Shown here in pieces: positions 23,502 through 35,879 of a stretch of 64,000 nucleotides of DNA. Origin of the DNA: Heteronotia binoei (lineage: Eukaryota); the NCBI RefSeq assembly GCF_032191835.1, contig NC_083233.1, positions 24,304,001-24,368,000 on the forward strand. Direction: 5' to 3'. The position numbers were made by a program, and so were the translations under genes. Below the pieces are notes generated by a model that made no database searches, was not told the origin of the DNA, and worked only from the letters and a program-made list of their open reading frames with translations. The first letter of the stretch is position 1, and each line of letters opens with the position of its first letter.

Positions 23502-24020
23502 GATCAGATCTCAGAAGTTATGCAGGGTCAGTACTTGGGAAGGAGGCCACCAAGGAAGAACGCAGAGGAAGGCCCTAGCAAATCCCATTTGCTTCTCACT
23601 TGCCTGGAAAGCCTCTTGCTGGGGTCACTATAAGCGAACTGCAACTTGACTGTACTTTATGCCCACAATAACAGGCATTATGCATCTATTTTTGCATTTT
23701 GCTTTGGACCGATGCAACCTCTTTTGGACCACCTCGAACCTACTTATGGAGAAGGGGCTCCATATGTGAGATCCTCCTAACTGAACTGGTACCCATCAGT
23801 CTCCAGAAGTATCTTTTCCAGGGGCTTAAGGTGCCTGATTAAATGCCGGCGCCCGGGGAACTGGGGGAAGAGTTTCCCATGAAATAACACCTCTGATCCC
23901 GACAAGCACACCTCAACATTAACCAGACCACCTTCCTCCCATACAGAACTGGCTGTCCATCCTTAGCTGCGCTTTCTCGCAGGCGGCCTGTGCTCCAAAA
24001 GCGCCCGCCATCTCCCTGCG

Positions 24021-24729
24021 GAGGGTTGTCAAGTCCAATTCAAGAAATATCTTGGGACTTTGGGGGTGGAGCCAGGAGACATTGGGGTGGAGCAAGTAGC
24101 AAGGTTGTGACAAGCATAATTGAACTCTAAAGGGAGTTCTAGCCATCACATAAAGGGACTGCACACCTTTTAAATACCTTCCCTCCACTGAAAATAATGA
24201 AGGATAGTGGCATCTTCTTTTGGGGCTCGTAGAATTGGTCCAATATTTTTGAAACATGGAGGGTATTTTAGGGAGAGGCACTGGATGCTATGCTGAAAAT
24301 TCGCCCAGAACCCCAGATACCGACGGATCAATTCTCCATTAGAAGAAGAATTGAAGATTTATACCCTGCCCTTCTCTCTGAATCAGAGACTCAGAGAGGC
24401 TTACAATCTCCTATCTCTTCTCCCCCCACAACAGACACCTTGTGAGGTGGGTGGGGCCGAGAGAGCTCTTACAGCAGCTGCCTGTTCAAGGACAACCTCT
24501 GCCAAGGCCATTCCAGCAGCTGCAAGTGGAAGAGTAGGGAATCAAACCCGGTTCTCCCAGATAAGAGTCCACACACTTAACCACTACATCAAACTGGCTC
24601 TCCTATGGAATCGGTCTCCATAGGGAATAATGGAGTGTCCAGCAGTCATTTCCCTACCCCCCCCCCAAGCGGGCGGAGGGCCTCCAAACCGGGGGATCCC
24701 CTGCCTCCATCTGGGGATTGGCAACCCTC
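24021..24729. mobile_element. Long Blackjack-like hAT MITE interrupted by a Squam3 SINE (24341-24600, - strand)
   Basis: agggttgtcaagtccaattcaagaaatatc...tggcaaccct; same family as 38271-38998; TSD 6/8. Confidence 0.8.
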
Positions 24730-25327
24730 TCCCCGCTGCAGCGGGTAGCTTTGGTTTCCTTGCCCCAGGGGGGCGCCTTCTCGGAGACCGGAGGACCAGC
24801 CTTTGCTAGGTTGGGCCTGCCAGGCGTCCAAGAACTGCCTGATTTCCTCCTTTCCCCCCCGGTAGTAGCCTGGCTTGCAGCAGCAGGGCCATAGGAGGCG
24901 GCTCCGTTGGGCTGGCTGCAGCGGCGGCTACTGATGTTGCTGCGGCTCCGCCTCCGCGGGGCAGGGCGCTGGAAAGCCGGCGGGCGGCAACCAATGGCAG
25001 CGCAGCCCGAGGGGCGGCTCCCGACTGGCGAGGCGCGAGTGCTCGGGCGGCTGCAGCTCGCCGGGTAAAGGCGCCTGGCTAGCTGGCGGTTCGTGCAGGC
25101 GGGCAGCGCCCAATCCAGTCCACCATGCCGGGCCGCCGCCGCTGCCACCACCACCTCCTCCTCCTCCAGCGTTGTTGCTGCTCTTGCTGAGCCTGGGCGA
25201 GGGGCCCGCGGACGCGGCGCGACGTGCGGGCGCGTCCTGTCTCCTGAGCCGGGCGGCGGCCTCGCCTCGCTGCCTTCCCTTCCCGCCGCGCGCGCCGACT
25301 GCGCCCCCTCTCCCTCCCGGCGCCGGC

Positions 25328-25522
25328 ATGGAGCTGGAGGCCTCGCTGGAGCAGTCGGTGCAGACGCGCATCTTCAAGATCATCGTCATCGGCGACTCCA
25401 ACGTGGGCAAGACCTGCCTGACGGTGCGCTTCTGCGGGGGAGCCTTCCCGGCCAGCACCGAGGCCACCATCGGCGTGGACTTCAGGGAGAAGGCGGTGGA
25501 GATCGAGGGTGAACACATCAAG
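25328..25522 (+). CDS. RAB33A: RAB33A exon 1 ([31 protein letters not shown]...EHIK)
   Basis: P-loop GDSNVGKT and effector TIGVDF; AAG|gtaccg, phase 0; CpG island about 24850-25860. Confidence 0.93.
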
Positions 25523-27619
25523 GTACCGGCCTAGGGGTTTTTGCAGGGCGCCCCCGGGGGTGTCCTCCTTCCGAGAGGCTTCCCCTCGGGCAGGGGTCGT
25601 TTTGTAGAAAAATAGGTGGTGGAGCTCCTGCAGGGATTGTGATGCAGCTGCACCTACTATTCAGCGGACAAGGTGGGGAGGAGGAGGGGGGACCCTCAGG
25701 AAGGTTCAGGAGCTGGGCTGCTGCTGAATTCGAGGCCTGCCCTCGGGGTACCGGTTCTTGCAGCGGCCGTGCTGGAAGGAGAGGCCTGACCGTGGGCCTG
25801 GCTCTGGGCGCGCCTTCGAGGGGGGGACAAAGAGGTCACGGGCGGGGGGGGGGGGGACGAGGTATTCGTGACTTAAGCAGAGGCACTCAGGGAGGCAAGG
25901 GCGTCAAGACCTCCTAGAAACCTTCCTGGTCTGTAGGGACAGTCGCCCACCTTTTCTTCTCCTTCCTCATCCAGCTATCCAAAGGATGGAGAAACAAGGA
26001 GCGCCGGGGGGGGGGGGGGACTGCAAGGGAGGGGAAGGCTGGTCTTTTGGGGTGCGGCTTGGCCAAGGGTCAAGGTTGTCAAGAGACAGACGTCAGGACG
26101 TAACTGTTTTGCACTGAAAGACTTTCTCGTATTTCCCCTAACCCCCCCCCCCCTGAGTCTTCAGTGGAGGGGGGAAAAACCCAGGGTTGGCTCACACGTG
26201 CACCGACGTCACTCGATTACTCACAGCTCCATGATGACTTGCATCTGTACGTGTGAATGAGCCCCTTAAGGAAAACAGACAGCTCCGGGAGGTCATATGG
26301 AAAGGCCCTCTGTGGTGTATGTTTGCCCGGGAATCCTTTATGCATGTAATTGGCTAGACAGATTTGTACTTGTGCAAGACCCAGTCCCATAAGCTGTATG
26401 ATGCTCAGATCTGCTGGGCTTTAAAAAAAAATTTTTTAAGAGGGTTTCTTCGTGGTGCTCTGAGCAAAGGCTGAGGTACAAAAGTGAGTATTTCCATGAC
26501 GGAGACATGAATCTGTTATGGTGTTGCCTCATGCTGGGGATCACTCCTGCCCCCCCCTCACCCTGCACTAATTGGATTCTTAGCCTGACATTTACAAAGG
26601 ACTAGGAGCCTTTTGTGTGTGTTCTGAGGGAGGGGGTTTGAAACTGGAAATGCCCCCGGAGGAGCATTGATTTGGCATCATTGAGTTATACAAAGGGAGA
26701 CCTTGGATATATATATGGTATCTCAACTCTGCAGCATCTCTGCCCAGCTGGACCAATAAAACTCTGAGGGTGCCTACAGGGAAGGTGGGAGAGAGAGAGA
26801 GAGAGTTATGACAATCTGCGATAGTTGAGAAGCAAGCATTTAAGTAAAGCAACCTTTGCAGGTTCTTGCTCTGAACTTTTGAGCAAACTGCCTATTGCAA
26901 GCTAATACCACCTGTAACAGTGACCAGAGGGCAAGGCTGCTTTCAGTTAGGGAGAGCTTTAAGGATGCTTCCCTTTAGGTGGTACCTGGAGATCTCCGGC
27001 TATTACAATTGATTTCCAGACAACCAAAATCACCTGAGGTCACCTGATCTTGAGAGTGGACTCTGTGGCATTATATCCTGCTGAAATCTTTTTTTCCTTC
27101 CCAGCCCCTGCCCTCCCCATGCTCCACCCCAAAAATCTCCAGGTATTTTACAACCGAGATCTAGCAGCCCTAATTTGGAGGCCTAATGCCTCCTTCTTTC
27201 ACTGTTTCTCTGCTCCAAACCCCTTTTCTCCCCCACAGCTGATTACCCCAGCAAGATGTTCAAATGTGTAGTGTTACAGCATCTCCACTAGCATAATTGC
27301 ACTCTGTTTTTTAAAAATAAAATCCTATATTCTCTAAAAAGAACAATGCTAGGTTCCTTTACGTGCTTTCTATGTCCTGTGGGGTGGGACTGAGGGTGAT
27401 ATAATAGTGACACTCAAACTACCTTCAAAATTGAGGTTCACTGCTAACCATAGTGGGCCATGTCTGTCATGAATGTGGCTACTATGATGCATTGGGCCAA
27501 GGAGAACTCCAGCTTGAGGTGAGCTGGATTACTCATGCAACCAAAATGAGGCCATAGTATGGACTGCACTGCTTCAGATAGCTGGTGTGGGGGGGGGATT
27601 GCTCTTGAATGCTCTATTG

Positions 27620-28092
27620 CAGTGGTTCCCAACCTTTTTGGCACCAGGGACCAGTTTTGTGGAAGACAGTTTTTCCATGGACCGAGGGGTGGGGGTGGGG
27701 GGGGGGGTGGCACGCGATGGTTTTGGCATGACACAATTGTGGACTTTATTTTGGTGTGGTGGTTAAGTGTGCAGACTCTTATCTGGGAGAACTGGGTTTG
27801 ATTCCCCACTCCTCCACTTGCAGCTGCTGGAATGGCCTTTGGTCAGCCATAGCTCTTGTAGAGCTGTCCTTGAAAGGGCAGCTTCTGGGAGAGCTCTCTC
27901 AACCCCACCCGCCTGGCAGGGTGTCTGTTGTGGGGGAGGAAGATAAAGGAGATGGTGAGCCACTCTGAGATTTGGAGTGAAGGGCAGGATATAAATCCAA
28001 TGTCATCGTCTTATTATTATTATTATTATTACCTGGTTGATAACAGGTCACGGACCGGTACCGGTCTATGGCCCAGGGGTTGGGGACCCCTG
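27620..28092. mobile_element. Charlie-like hAT MITE interrupted by a Squam3 SINE (about 27750-28030, + strand)
   Basis: TIRs cagtggttcccaacc / ggttggggacccctg; TSD ctctattg/ctgtattg. Confidence 0.82.
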
Positions 28093-28725
28093 CTGTATTG
28101 CATTTGAAACCTCCCTGCCTCTTAAAAGAAGCCAAAGAAAAACAAGCTCAGCAGGCTGCTAAAAATGTCCTTGACGAATTTTCTCTGTTTCTTAATGTGG
28201 GGGAACATCCAAAGACAATATTTCTCCCCACCACCAGTGATTTCATTGATACCATTCACTCCACCGCCTTGCTGTGCTGTGTGCAGAACCAGCTCCTCTG
28301 TCTGTAGACAAAAAAATATGCCCCTGTTGCTGTTTGGGAAGCTTCTATGCTAGAGGACAAAGGACAAAAGGAGTAGGCAAATAGGGCAAAAGATCAGTGG
28401 CTTGAGGTAAGGCAGAGGGATTAAGTGAAGGGAGCACCTTGTTTGTTTTTCAAGAAGTAGACATCTCCCTTCTTTTACTGACTACTGCTGCTCACCTGAA
28501 TGCCTGTCTTAGTGAGCCAGACTGTCAGATTGGGTGTAAGATTGCCAGCCTCCAGGTGAAGCCGGGAGATCTCCTGGAATTAGAACTCATCTCCAGGAAA
28601 CAGACACCAGTTACCCTGGAGAAAATGGCTATGGGAGGATGGACTCTGTTGTGGGGGAGGAAGATAAAGGAGATGGTGAGCCACTCAGATTCGGAGTGAA
28701 GTCCACCCCCCTCACCCCTTTCCCT

Positions 28726-28998
28726 CCAGTTTGGTGTAGTGGTTAAGTGCACGGACTCTTATCTAGAAGAACTAGGTTTGATTCCCCACTCCTCCACTTG
28801 CACCTGCTGGAATGGCCTTGGGTCAGCCATAGCTCTCTCAAGAGTTGTCCTTGAAAAGGGAGCTGCTGTGAGAGCTCTCTCAGCCCCACCCACCTCACGG
28901 GGTATCTGTTATGGGGGGAAGGTAAAGGAGATTGTGACCACTCTGAGACTATGAGATTCAGAGTATAGGGTGGGATATAAATCCAATATCATCTTCTT
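28726..28998 (+). mobile_element. Squam3-like SINE (young)
   Basis: Full ccagtttggtgtagtgg head through to ataaatccaatatcatcttctt tail. Confidence 0.88.
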
Positions 28999-29082
28999 CC
29001 CCAAGATCTCCAAGTATTTTCCAACCCAGAATGGACAACTCTAGACTAGGGCCTAGAAGTCCCAGGTTCAGAGCCATTTAGG

Positions 29083-29666
29083 ACATAAGAACATAAGAGA
29101 AGCCATGTTCGATCAGGCCAGTGGCCCATCCAGTCCAACACTCTGTGTCACACAGTGGCAAAAAATTTTATATATACACACACACTGTGGCTTATAGCCA
29201 CTGATGGACCTGTGCTCCATATTTTTATCTAAACCCCTCTTGAAGGTGGCTATGCTTGTGGGCGCCACCACCTCCTGTGCCAGTGAATTCCACATGTTAA
29301 TCACCCTTTGGGTGAAGAAGTACTTCCTTTTATCCGTTTTAACCTGTCTGCTCAGCAATTTCATCGAATGTCCACGAGTTCTTGTATTGTGAGAAAGGGA
29401 GAAAAGTACTTCTTTCTCTACTTTCTCCATCCCATGCATTATCTTGTAAACCTCTATCATGTCACCCCGCAGTCGACGTTTCTCCAAGCTAAAGAGCCCC
29501 AAGCGTTTCAACCTTTCTTCATAGGGAAAGTGTTCCAGCCCTTTAATCATTCTAGTTGCCCTTTTCTGGACTTTCTCCAATGCTATAATATCCTTTTTGA
29601 GGTGCGGCGACCAGAACTGCACACAGTACTCCAAATGAGACCGCACCATCGATTTATACAGGGGCA
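29083..29666 (-). mobile_element. Young 5'-truncated CR1 LINE 3' end
   Basis: Open RT C-terminus (SHLEYCVQFWSPHLKKDI...EERLKRLGLFSLEKRRLRGD) and (cttatgtt)n tail. Confidence 0.95.
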
Positions 29667-29937
29667 CTACTAGATTTACACTACTAGATGACCTTGAGTC
29701 TGCTCCTCTCTTTCTTTCAACCTGTCCTGCCTCATAAGGTAGGACAAGAAGGACTCTGCTGCTCTGGGCTCCTTGGGAAGAAGACTGGGGAAAAATTTTA
29801 TAGGGAGACAGTAGGTAGCACTGGTCTTCTCCATAATACATGAGCTACATAGAAGCAACAAAGGGATAGGGCAGAGGGGAGCACAGTGGAAGGAGGCAAA
29901 TTTATTGATGCTCCCAACTTGATGACAGTCCCACATT

Positions 29938-30331
29938 ATAACAAAGTAGGAGCCCAGTAGCGCCTTTTAGACCAACCAAGTTTTATTCAGAATGTAGACT
30001 TGCATGCACACTTCTTCAGACAAGGAATGAGGTACAGTGAGCAGAGCTAAATGTAGCTGGTGGGCAGTGGTTTAAAATGCAAAGTGGTACAAAGTTAAAA
30101 TCCAATGACATTAAAACACAAATTGTTTTAACTTTGTACCACTTTGCATTCTAAACCACTGCCCGCCAGCTATATGTAGCGCTGCTCACTGTACCTCATT
30201 CCTTGTCTGAAGAAGCGTGCATGCATGCGGAAGCTTACATTCTGAATAAAACTTTGTTGTTCTTAAAGGTGCTACTGGACTCCTACTGTGTTCTTTTGAT
30301 TCAGACCAACAGGGCTGCCCACCTGGATCTA
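29938..30331. mobile_element. Penelope-like element with inverted terminal repeats
   Basis: Arms about 29940-30090 and about 30130-30280 are reverse complements; each carries a damaged hammerhead motif. Confidence 0.75.
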
Positions 30332-30435
30332 GCCCCATATTATGTTTGGAAGAGGTGCAAGATGGTACCCTTACTGAATGTAAGCGGGACTGGAGTGTGG
30401 ACAATGCCTGGATGGAAGTCTCTCCCTAAATGGGA

Positions 30436-30706
30436 GAGCCAGTTTGGTGTAGTGGTTAGGAGCGCGGACTCTAACCTGGGAGAACCAAGTTTGATTCCCC
30501 ACTCCTCCACATGCACCTGCTGAGTCAGTCACAAGTTCTCTTAGAGTTGTTCTCTCAAGAGCAGTTTCTGTTAGAGCTCTCTCAGCCTCACCAACCTCAC
30601 AGGGTGTCTCTTCTGGGGAGGGAAAGGAGATTGCAAGCCTCTTTGGGACTCCTTTGGGTAATGAAGGGTGTGGTGTAAATCCAATTTCCTCCTCCTTCCT
30701 CTTCTT
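30436..30706 (+). mobile_element. Squam3-like SINE
   Basis: Head, core and (ctt)n tail match the other copies. Confidence 0.85.
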
Positions 30707-31189
30707 CGAATTCTTTTATGGAAGAAAAGTGGGATATGTTGTCCTGATGCTCAGTCGATCATAGAACATTTATTAGGTATTACAAACACTAAATGATCTA
30801 GAATACTACATAGCCAGTTAGCACAAATGTACACATCAGAAAGTACACTGATAAGTGATCGTAAACGTAGATAAAATAGAGATAAAATTATTCATGATCA
30901 TTCACAACCAACCCATAGATCCTCACAGCAGCTAAGAAATAACCTTACATCACTTGATTGGTGTTGTAAGGATTCCAAGCAAATAAAAGGTATAAAAACC
31001 TTTATCTCCCTAAATGGGTTAAAAACCCTAAAAACAAGCCCTTCATCTGGGTAACCCTGACATTTTTGTAAGAGAGGGCTCATTATGGAGTTCCTCAACT
31101 CAGTATAAAAGCTACAATATAACAAGTCATGGGGTAAAAATTCAGGAATCCCTGCCCTATGCAGACAGCAAGAACAGTTCAGCAATGGG

Positions 31190-31335
31190 ATCAGAGGTGA
31201 TGAGCTCCCCCTTAATGGCAGTCTTCAAGCAGCAGCTGGCAAACACTGAGCAAAGATGTGTTAGGCTGATTCCGCCATTGAGTATGGGGTTGGACTTGAT
31301 GGCCGGTGTGGCCCTTCCAACTCTATGGTTCTCTT
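31190..31335 (+). mobile_element. CR1 3' end fragment
   Basis: ggggttggacttgatggcc...ggcccttccaactctatggttct, a typical CR1 3' terminus. Confidence 0.7.
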
Positions 31336-31746
31336 TGTCTTTATGCTGTTTCAATGGCTTGTTTGATCATTCTTGCATTACTTGTTGTTGTTCTTGCTGA
31401 GCAACCCCGAGCAGGTCTCTGGAGAGGGGCTGTAACTATTTTCTACATAAAATGTAATCAACAGTAAAAGAAGGGGTAGGTCTTCCCATGCTTAGTTTCT
31501 AGGATGCTTCAAATATAGTCATGTGACATGCAATCATTCTCCGAGTCTTAAAAGGTCCTGAATGTTCCAAAATAAATGGAGAAACCTGCAAGGCTTTTTA
31601 AGCTTCAGATTTGTGACTCTGGATATTTGCAGCGCTAATAATGTACTTTCCACGCTGTGCACTGAATCTAACTGGAAAGCTGGCTAGACTGTGCAAACTC
31701 TCTGCCTTTTTTATTAGCTCAACAGGAACTCTGTCTTTTTCTTCAG

Positions 31747-32202
31747 GTGCAGGTGTGGGACACAGCCGGCCAGGAGAGGTTCCGGAAGAGCATGGTAGAG
31801 CACTACTACCGCAACGTGCATGCTGTCGTGTTTGTCTACGATGTCACCAAGATGGCATCCTTCCTCAACTTAAAGACCTGGATTGAAGAGTGCAATGGCC
31901 ACGCCGTCCCTGCACTTGTCCCAAAGGTGCTTGTCGGAAACAAGTGTGACTTGCGAGACCAGATCCAGGTGCCATCCAGTTTGGCCTTGAAGTTTGCCGA
32001 CGCTCACAATATGCTTTTATTTGAAACCTCTGCCAAGGACCCCAAAGAAAGCCAGAACGTGGAGTCTATTTTCATGTGCCTGGCTTGTCGGCTGAAGGCT
32101 CAGAAGTCTCTGCTTTATCGGGACATGGAGAGACAGCAAGGGAGGGCCCAGAAAATGCAGCTCTTGCCAGATGCTAGTGGCAAAAATTCCTGTCCTTGCT
32201 GA
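31747..32202 (+). CDS. RAB33A: RAB33A exon 2 (terminal); spliced protein about 216 aa ending CPC
   Basis: tcttcag|GTG CAG GTG TGG GAC; [29 protein letters not shown] and CXC prenylation motif; AATAAA at 32312. Confidence 0.96.
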   Translation: MQVWDTAGQERFRKSMVEHYYRNVHAVVFVYDVTKMASFLNLKTWIEECNGHAVPALVPKVLVGNKCDLRDQIQVPSSLALKFADAHNMLLFETSAKDPKESQNVESIFMCLACRLKAQKSLLYRDMERQQGRAQKMQLLPDASGKNSCPC

Positions 32203-32593
32203 ACTGTGGAGGTTTTCACTCCTGACCACTTAATGAAGCAGGGCAGGTGGTTTTGTGCCTGCACAAACTGAACAAAGCCCTGCTGGTCTCAATCTAAGAT
32301 AATGTTAAATTAATAAAAATTTGTATGGCTCACAACTGGTTTGGGTGTAACTTTTATCCTTACAGGTTTGCATTTTGAGGCAGGCAGGGAAGAAGCCATT
32401 ATCCAACATTCTCAACTATTTGGTTGTACCAGTCTCCCTGGCTGAGTTAACCACGCTGCTTACATCACAGAATAGAGTCTGCTGGCCACATTCAATGATC
32501 TTAATGTTGATAGAGGGCAAGTCACCCCCACCAGGTTTGCAAAAACATGGGACAAAATAGTGAATCTTTGTTTTAACAACATAAGAACATGAC

Positions 32594-32839
32594 AGCCAGT
32601 TTGGTGTAGTGGTTAAGTGCGCGGACTCTTATCTGGGAGAACCGAATTTGATTCCCCACTCCTTCACATGCACCTGCTGACCTTGGGTCAGCCACAAATT
32701 CTCTCAAAGCCGTTCTGCTTTGTCAGCCCTACCTACCTCACAGGGTGTCTGTTGTGGGAAGGGGAAGGAGATTGTAAACTGCTCTGAGACTTCTGGTAGT
32801 GAAGGGCAGGGTATAAATCCAATCTCTACATCATCATCA
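32594..32839 (+). mobile_element. Squam3-like SINE
   Basis: Same head, core and tail as the other copies. Confidence 0.85.
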
Positions 32840-34856
32840 GTGGGTAGCTCGCCACTGCATGGGAACTTAGAATACATATGACCTGCCGCTTAACCAGAAT
32901 GAGAAGCAGAGTGTTGTCCTTATTCCAGATGATTCAAGGGCCAGCACAGTATAACATAGATGGCTGAACTTTGTGTGTGAACAGATGGTTAGGGAAGCGT
33001 TCATTTATCAGGAACATGGATACAGCAATGTAAGGCTTAGGGTACATTAGCAACTCCACTGGTTATTTGGCCCTTTACATCACCCATGTCAGTTTACCGA
33101 CAAATGCAACCTGTAGATTGTAGGTTAAGTTTCCTGGAGGAGCTATTGTCCCATTCTAGTAAAGTATGTAAGGAGAAGAGAGGGAGAGAAGCAGTGAATG
33201 GATCTGGAGGCATGAATCTGCTGGTTTATTAATAATAATAATAAATAATATTAGATGTTCCTCATCTGGACAGTCGGGTTGGAATGCAATTTGGAGTTTC
33301 CTGCTTAAGCTCCAGACTTCCTTGGGTCACTTCTGAGAAGGAAATCATATGAACTGAATCAATAATTAATAATATGGTTCCTTTTCTCACTGGAGTGAAC
33401 TGTTACAATGGAGGGGAGACATGAGCGTAGGAAGACACCATGTCATTTAGCAGCTCGACATGAATCTTTCTTCAGAAATCACTAGAACAGTGTGTAGATC
33501 CACCCCTGCGGATCTGGCTTCCTTTTTGTTGCAGTAGCATTCAGCTCTATCCTTGAAAGATGAATTTGCTAGCAGACAACTGAGTTACCAGAGTGTGTTG
33601 TGCAGGGCCACCTTGACACTTCCAGGTAAGATTTTCTTCCAGCCTAAGGGAAACTGTAACCATTTTGCACATGGTTTAGACTGTGGTCAGCAGCTCCTTG
33701 CCCTACATTTCTCTAGCTGTTGTGCAGGAATACTAGATTCAGTTTCTATAAAATACGGGTTACAGACCTGGCCTTGATAGCTACTGAGGTTAAAATATGT
33801 AAAATTGTCCTAGTCTTCAGGTCAGTAGTCAAATAGTTCAGGCCAGTTGCCTACACTAGGAAAGATTTATTTCCTTCTGTCCATAATTTCAGGAGGGAGT
33901 CCTGCAACTTTTGGTACTGATACAGCAGATCAGAAGCATAATAAGCCTAATGTAGTGATTGTTCCTCAGGAAGAACTGAAAGCTTAGCGGATCCGTGAAT
34001 TAGCAGTATCTTTGAGACTGTCTGCTTTTGCTCCCACCTTGTTACTTTTTCCTTCCCTGTGTCAACTGGCAATGTTTTAGGAGCAGGATGAGCCTGGAGC
34101 TAATTTTATCTATTGACTTCATTCATAGTCTGCCTCCTCCCTGAGACTCAAGGTGGATTATGCAATTGAACACAATGCAGTTTCAAAGTTAAAATGTTGA
34201 ACAAGGCTTATATTATAGGATGCTGAACTGTCAGAAGTCAGCAAATGAAGGCACCTTCAGTCTAGTACAAATTATGCTTCTGCCCTCTAAATGAGGAGAA
34301 AGGTCCTTTGGTAGCTGCAGCAGAGAATTTTATTTGAGTCTGAATAGCAAGATGTCATCTTACAAGAATTGTAATCACTTCATTTATTCAGATATTTCTA
34401 CTCTTTCCCCCTCCCATGGGGATCTACAGTGGCTTAAAATATTGTTCTCTTCCCCTCCATTTTCTGTTCACAACAACCCTGTGAGATAGATCAGGCAGCA
34501 AGAGATAGAATGAAAATACCTTAGGGGCCATTAGTGATCATTAATGGCAGGCAGGAATTTGAACCTGGCTGTCCGATATACTAGTCCAATGCTCTAACCG
34601 GTACAACATGCTTGTTCTTATCACAGATAGGAACTGGGCCAAGCATTAATGAGGCTTTCTGTTTCTTTGAGAATTTTTTTGTTGTATTCCAACTAGGTTC
34701 ATATCATTGGTAAATATATTTAAATTTAACTAAATGTCAGTACACCATTTCAATGTAATTCAGACTGAAAAAATAAAAGGTGTGCAAGGCAAACAGAAGT
34801 TACAAGAGTTTGCATCACAGGCTGATGAGCAAACCAGAACAACCTTTGCCTTATAC

Positions 34857-35152
34857 CAGGGTGGCCAAACTGTGGCTCAAGCCACATGTGTCTCTTTCAT
34901 GTATATAATGCGGCTCTTGAACACACACACACACAACACCCTGTCTGCTGTCTTGGAGAAGGCATTTGTCTCTTTAAATCACTTCTCCAAGTCAGAATGC
35001 ATTTAAAGTTGCTTTCTTTTCACCTCTCTCCCTCAATCTATTTTCCTTCCTTCCAGCAGGTCTCAATCATCTGACTGTCATGCCTCGTGATTCCCAAACA
35101 TCTGATGTTTATTATATGTGGCTCTTACATTAAATAAGTTTGGCCACTCCTG
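34857..35152. mobile_element. hAT MITE family A
   Basis: TIRs present; exact 8-bp TSD ccttatac. Confidence 0.9.
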
Positions 35153-35379
35153 CCTTATACACAGGCAAACCAGAAATAAGCAAGGAGGCAACAGTGGTAC
35201 AGAAGGCAGTGCAGTAGCTTCTTTGATGCCCTCTTCGGTTGGGAAGGTTAAAGCTGGATTTGCCTGTTCAGACTTCTCATGAATCATTAATAAAGAAAAG
35301 TTGGGTGCAGAAAAAAAAACCTCCCAAAATAAAACAGAATACGGAAGAGTTTGATTGAGGGAATAGCTGCAGTCATGTC

Positions 35380-35573
35380 CAATGTTCCCTCTAAGCTTCA
35401 GAGTCTTGTGAGCAGAAATTCTATTTTGTGAGCTACTGGCAATAAAGTTGTGAGCTACACCATAAATTAGTGTGCTCTGGGCTCATCCTTCCTGTGCTAA
35501 GACAAAAATGTGTTTGCTGGAGACTAAAAATCTGTGAGCTAGCTCACCCAAACTCAACTTAGGGGGAACACTG
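35380..35573. mobile_element. hAT MITE family B
   Basis: TIRs caatgttccctctaag / cttagggggaacactg; exact TSD gtcatgtc. Confidence 0.9.
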
Positions 35574-35879
35574 GTCATGTCCCATTTTGATCCACATAGT
35601 ACTAGTGAAGATTGGAGGAGAGGGCTGTGGTGTTTAGGATTTTTGGGGGGAGGTATGCTATGTATTTAAATGCTATGTAGCTATTTAAATATAAAAGCTT
35701 TTCTTTTGTTTTCAGTATTTATACCTCATTTGAGGGGATTCCCCCCTCCCCGGGTAGGCAGGAGGGCCATCTGCTATGTTCAGCAATACAAGTTCTGTAA
35801 CTAAACATAGTAACTTCTACGCTGTCATTCATGGGCCGAGTAAAAAACCCCAAAAACATATTGACTTTTTCTTTCAGGT

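Noticed and set aside
24654-25521. Long ORFs (145-197 aa) antisense to or overlapping RAB33A exon 1
   Set aside because: Expected by-products of a stop-poor CpG island and of the mirror frame of a real exon; low complexity and no recognisable domain.
28726-28800. tRNA-like sequences (many copies)
   Set aside because: A/B boxes run into SINE core and tail with no complete cloverleaf; these are SINE heads, not tRNA genes.
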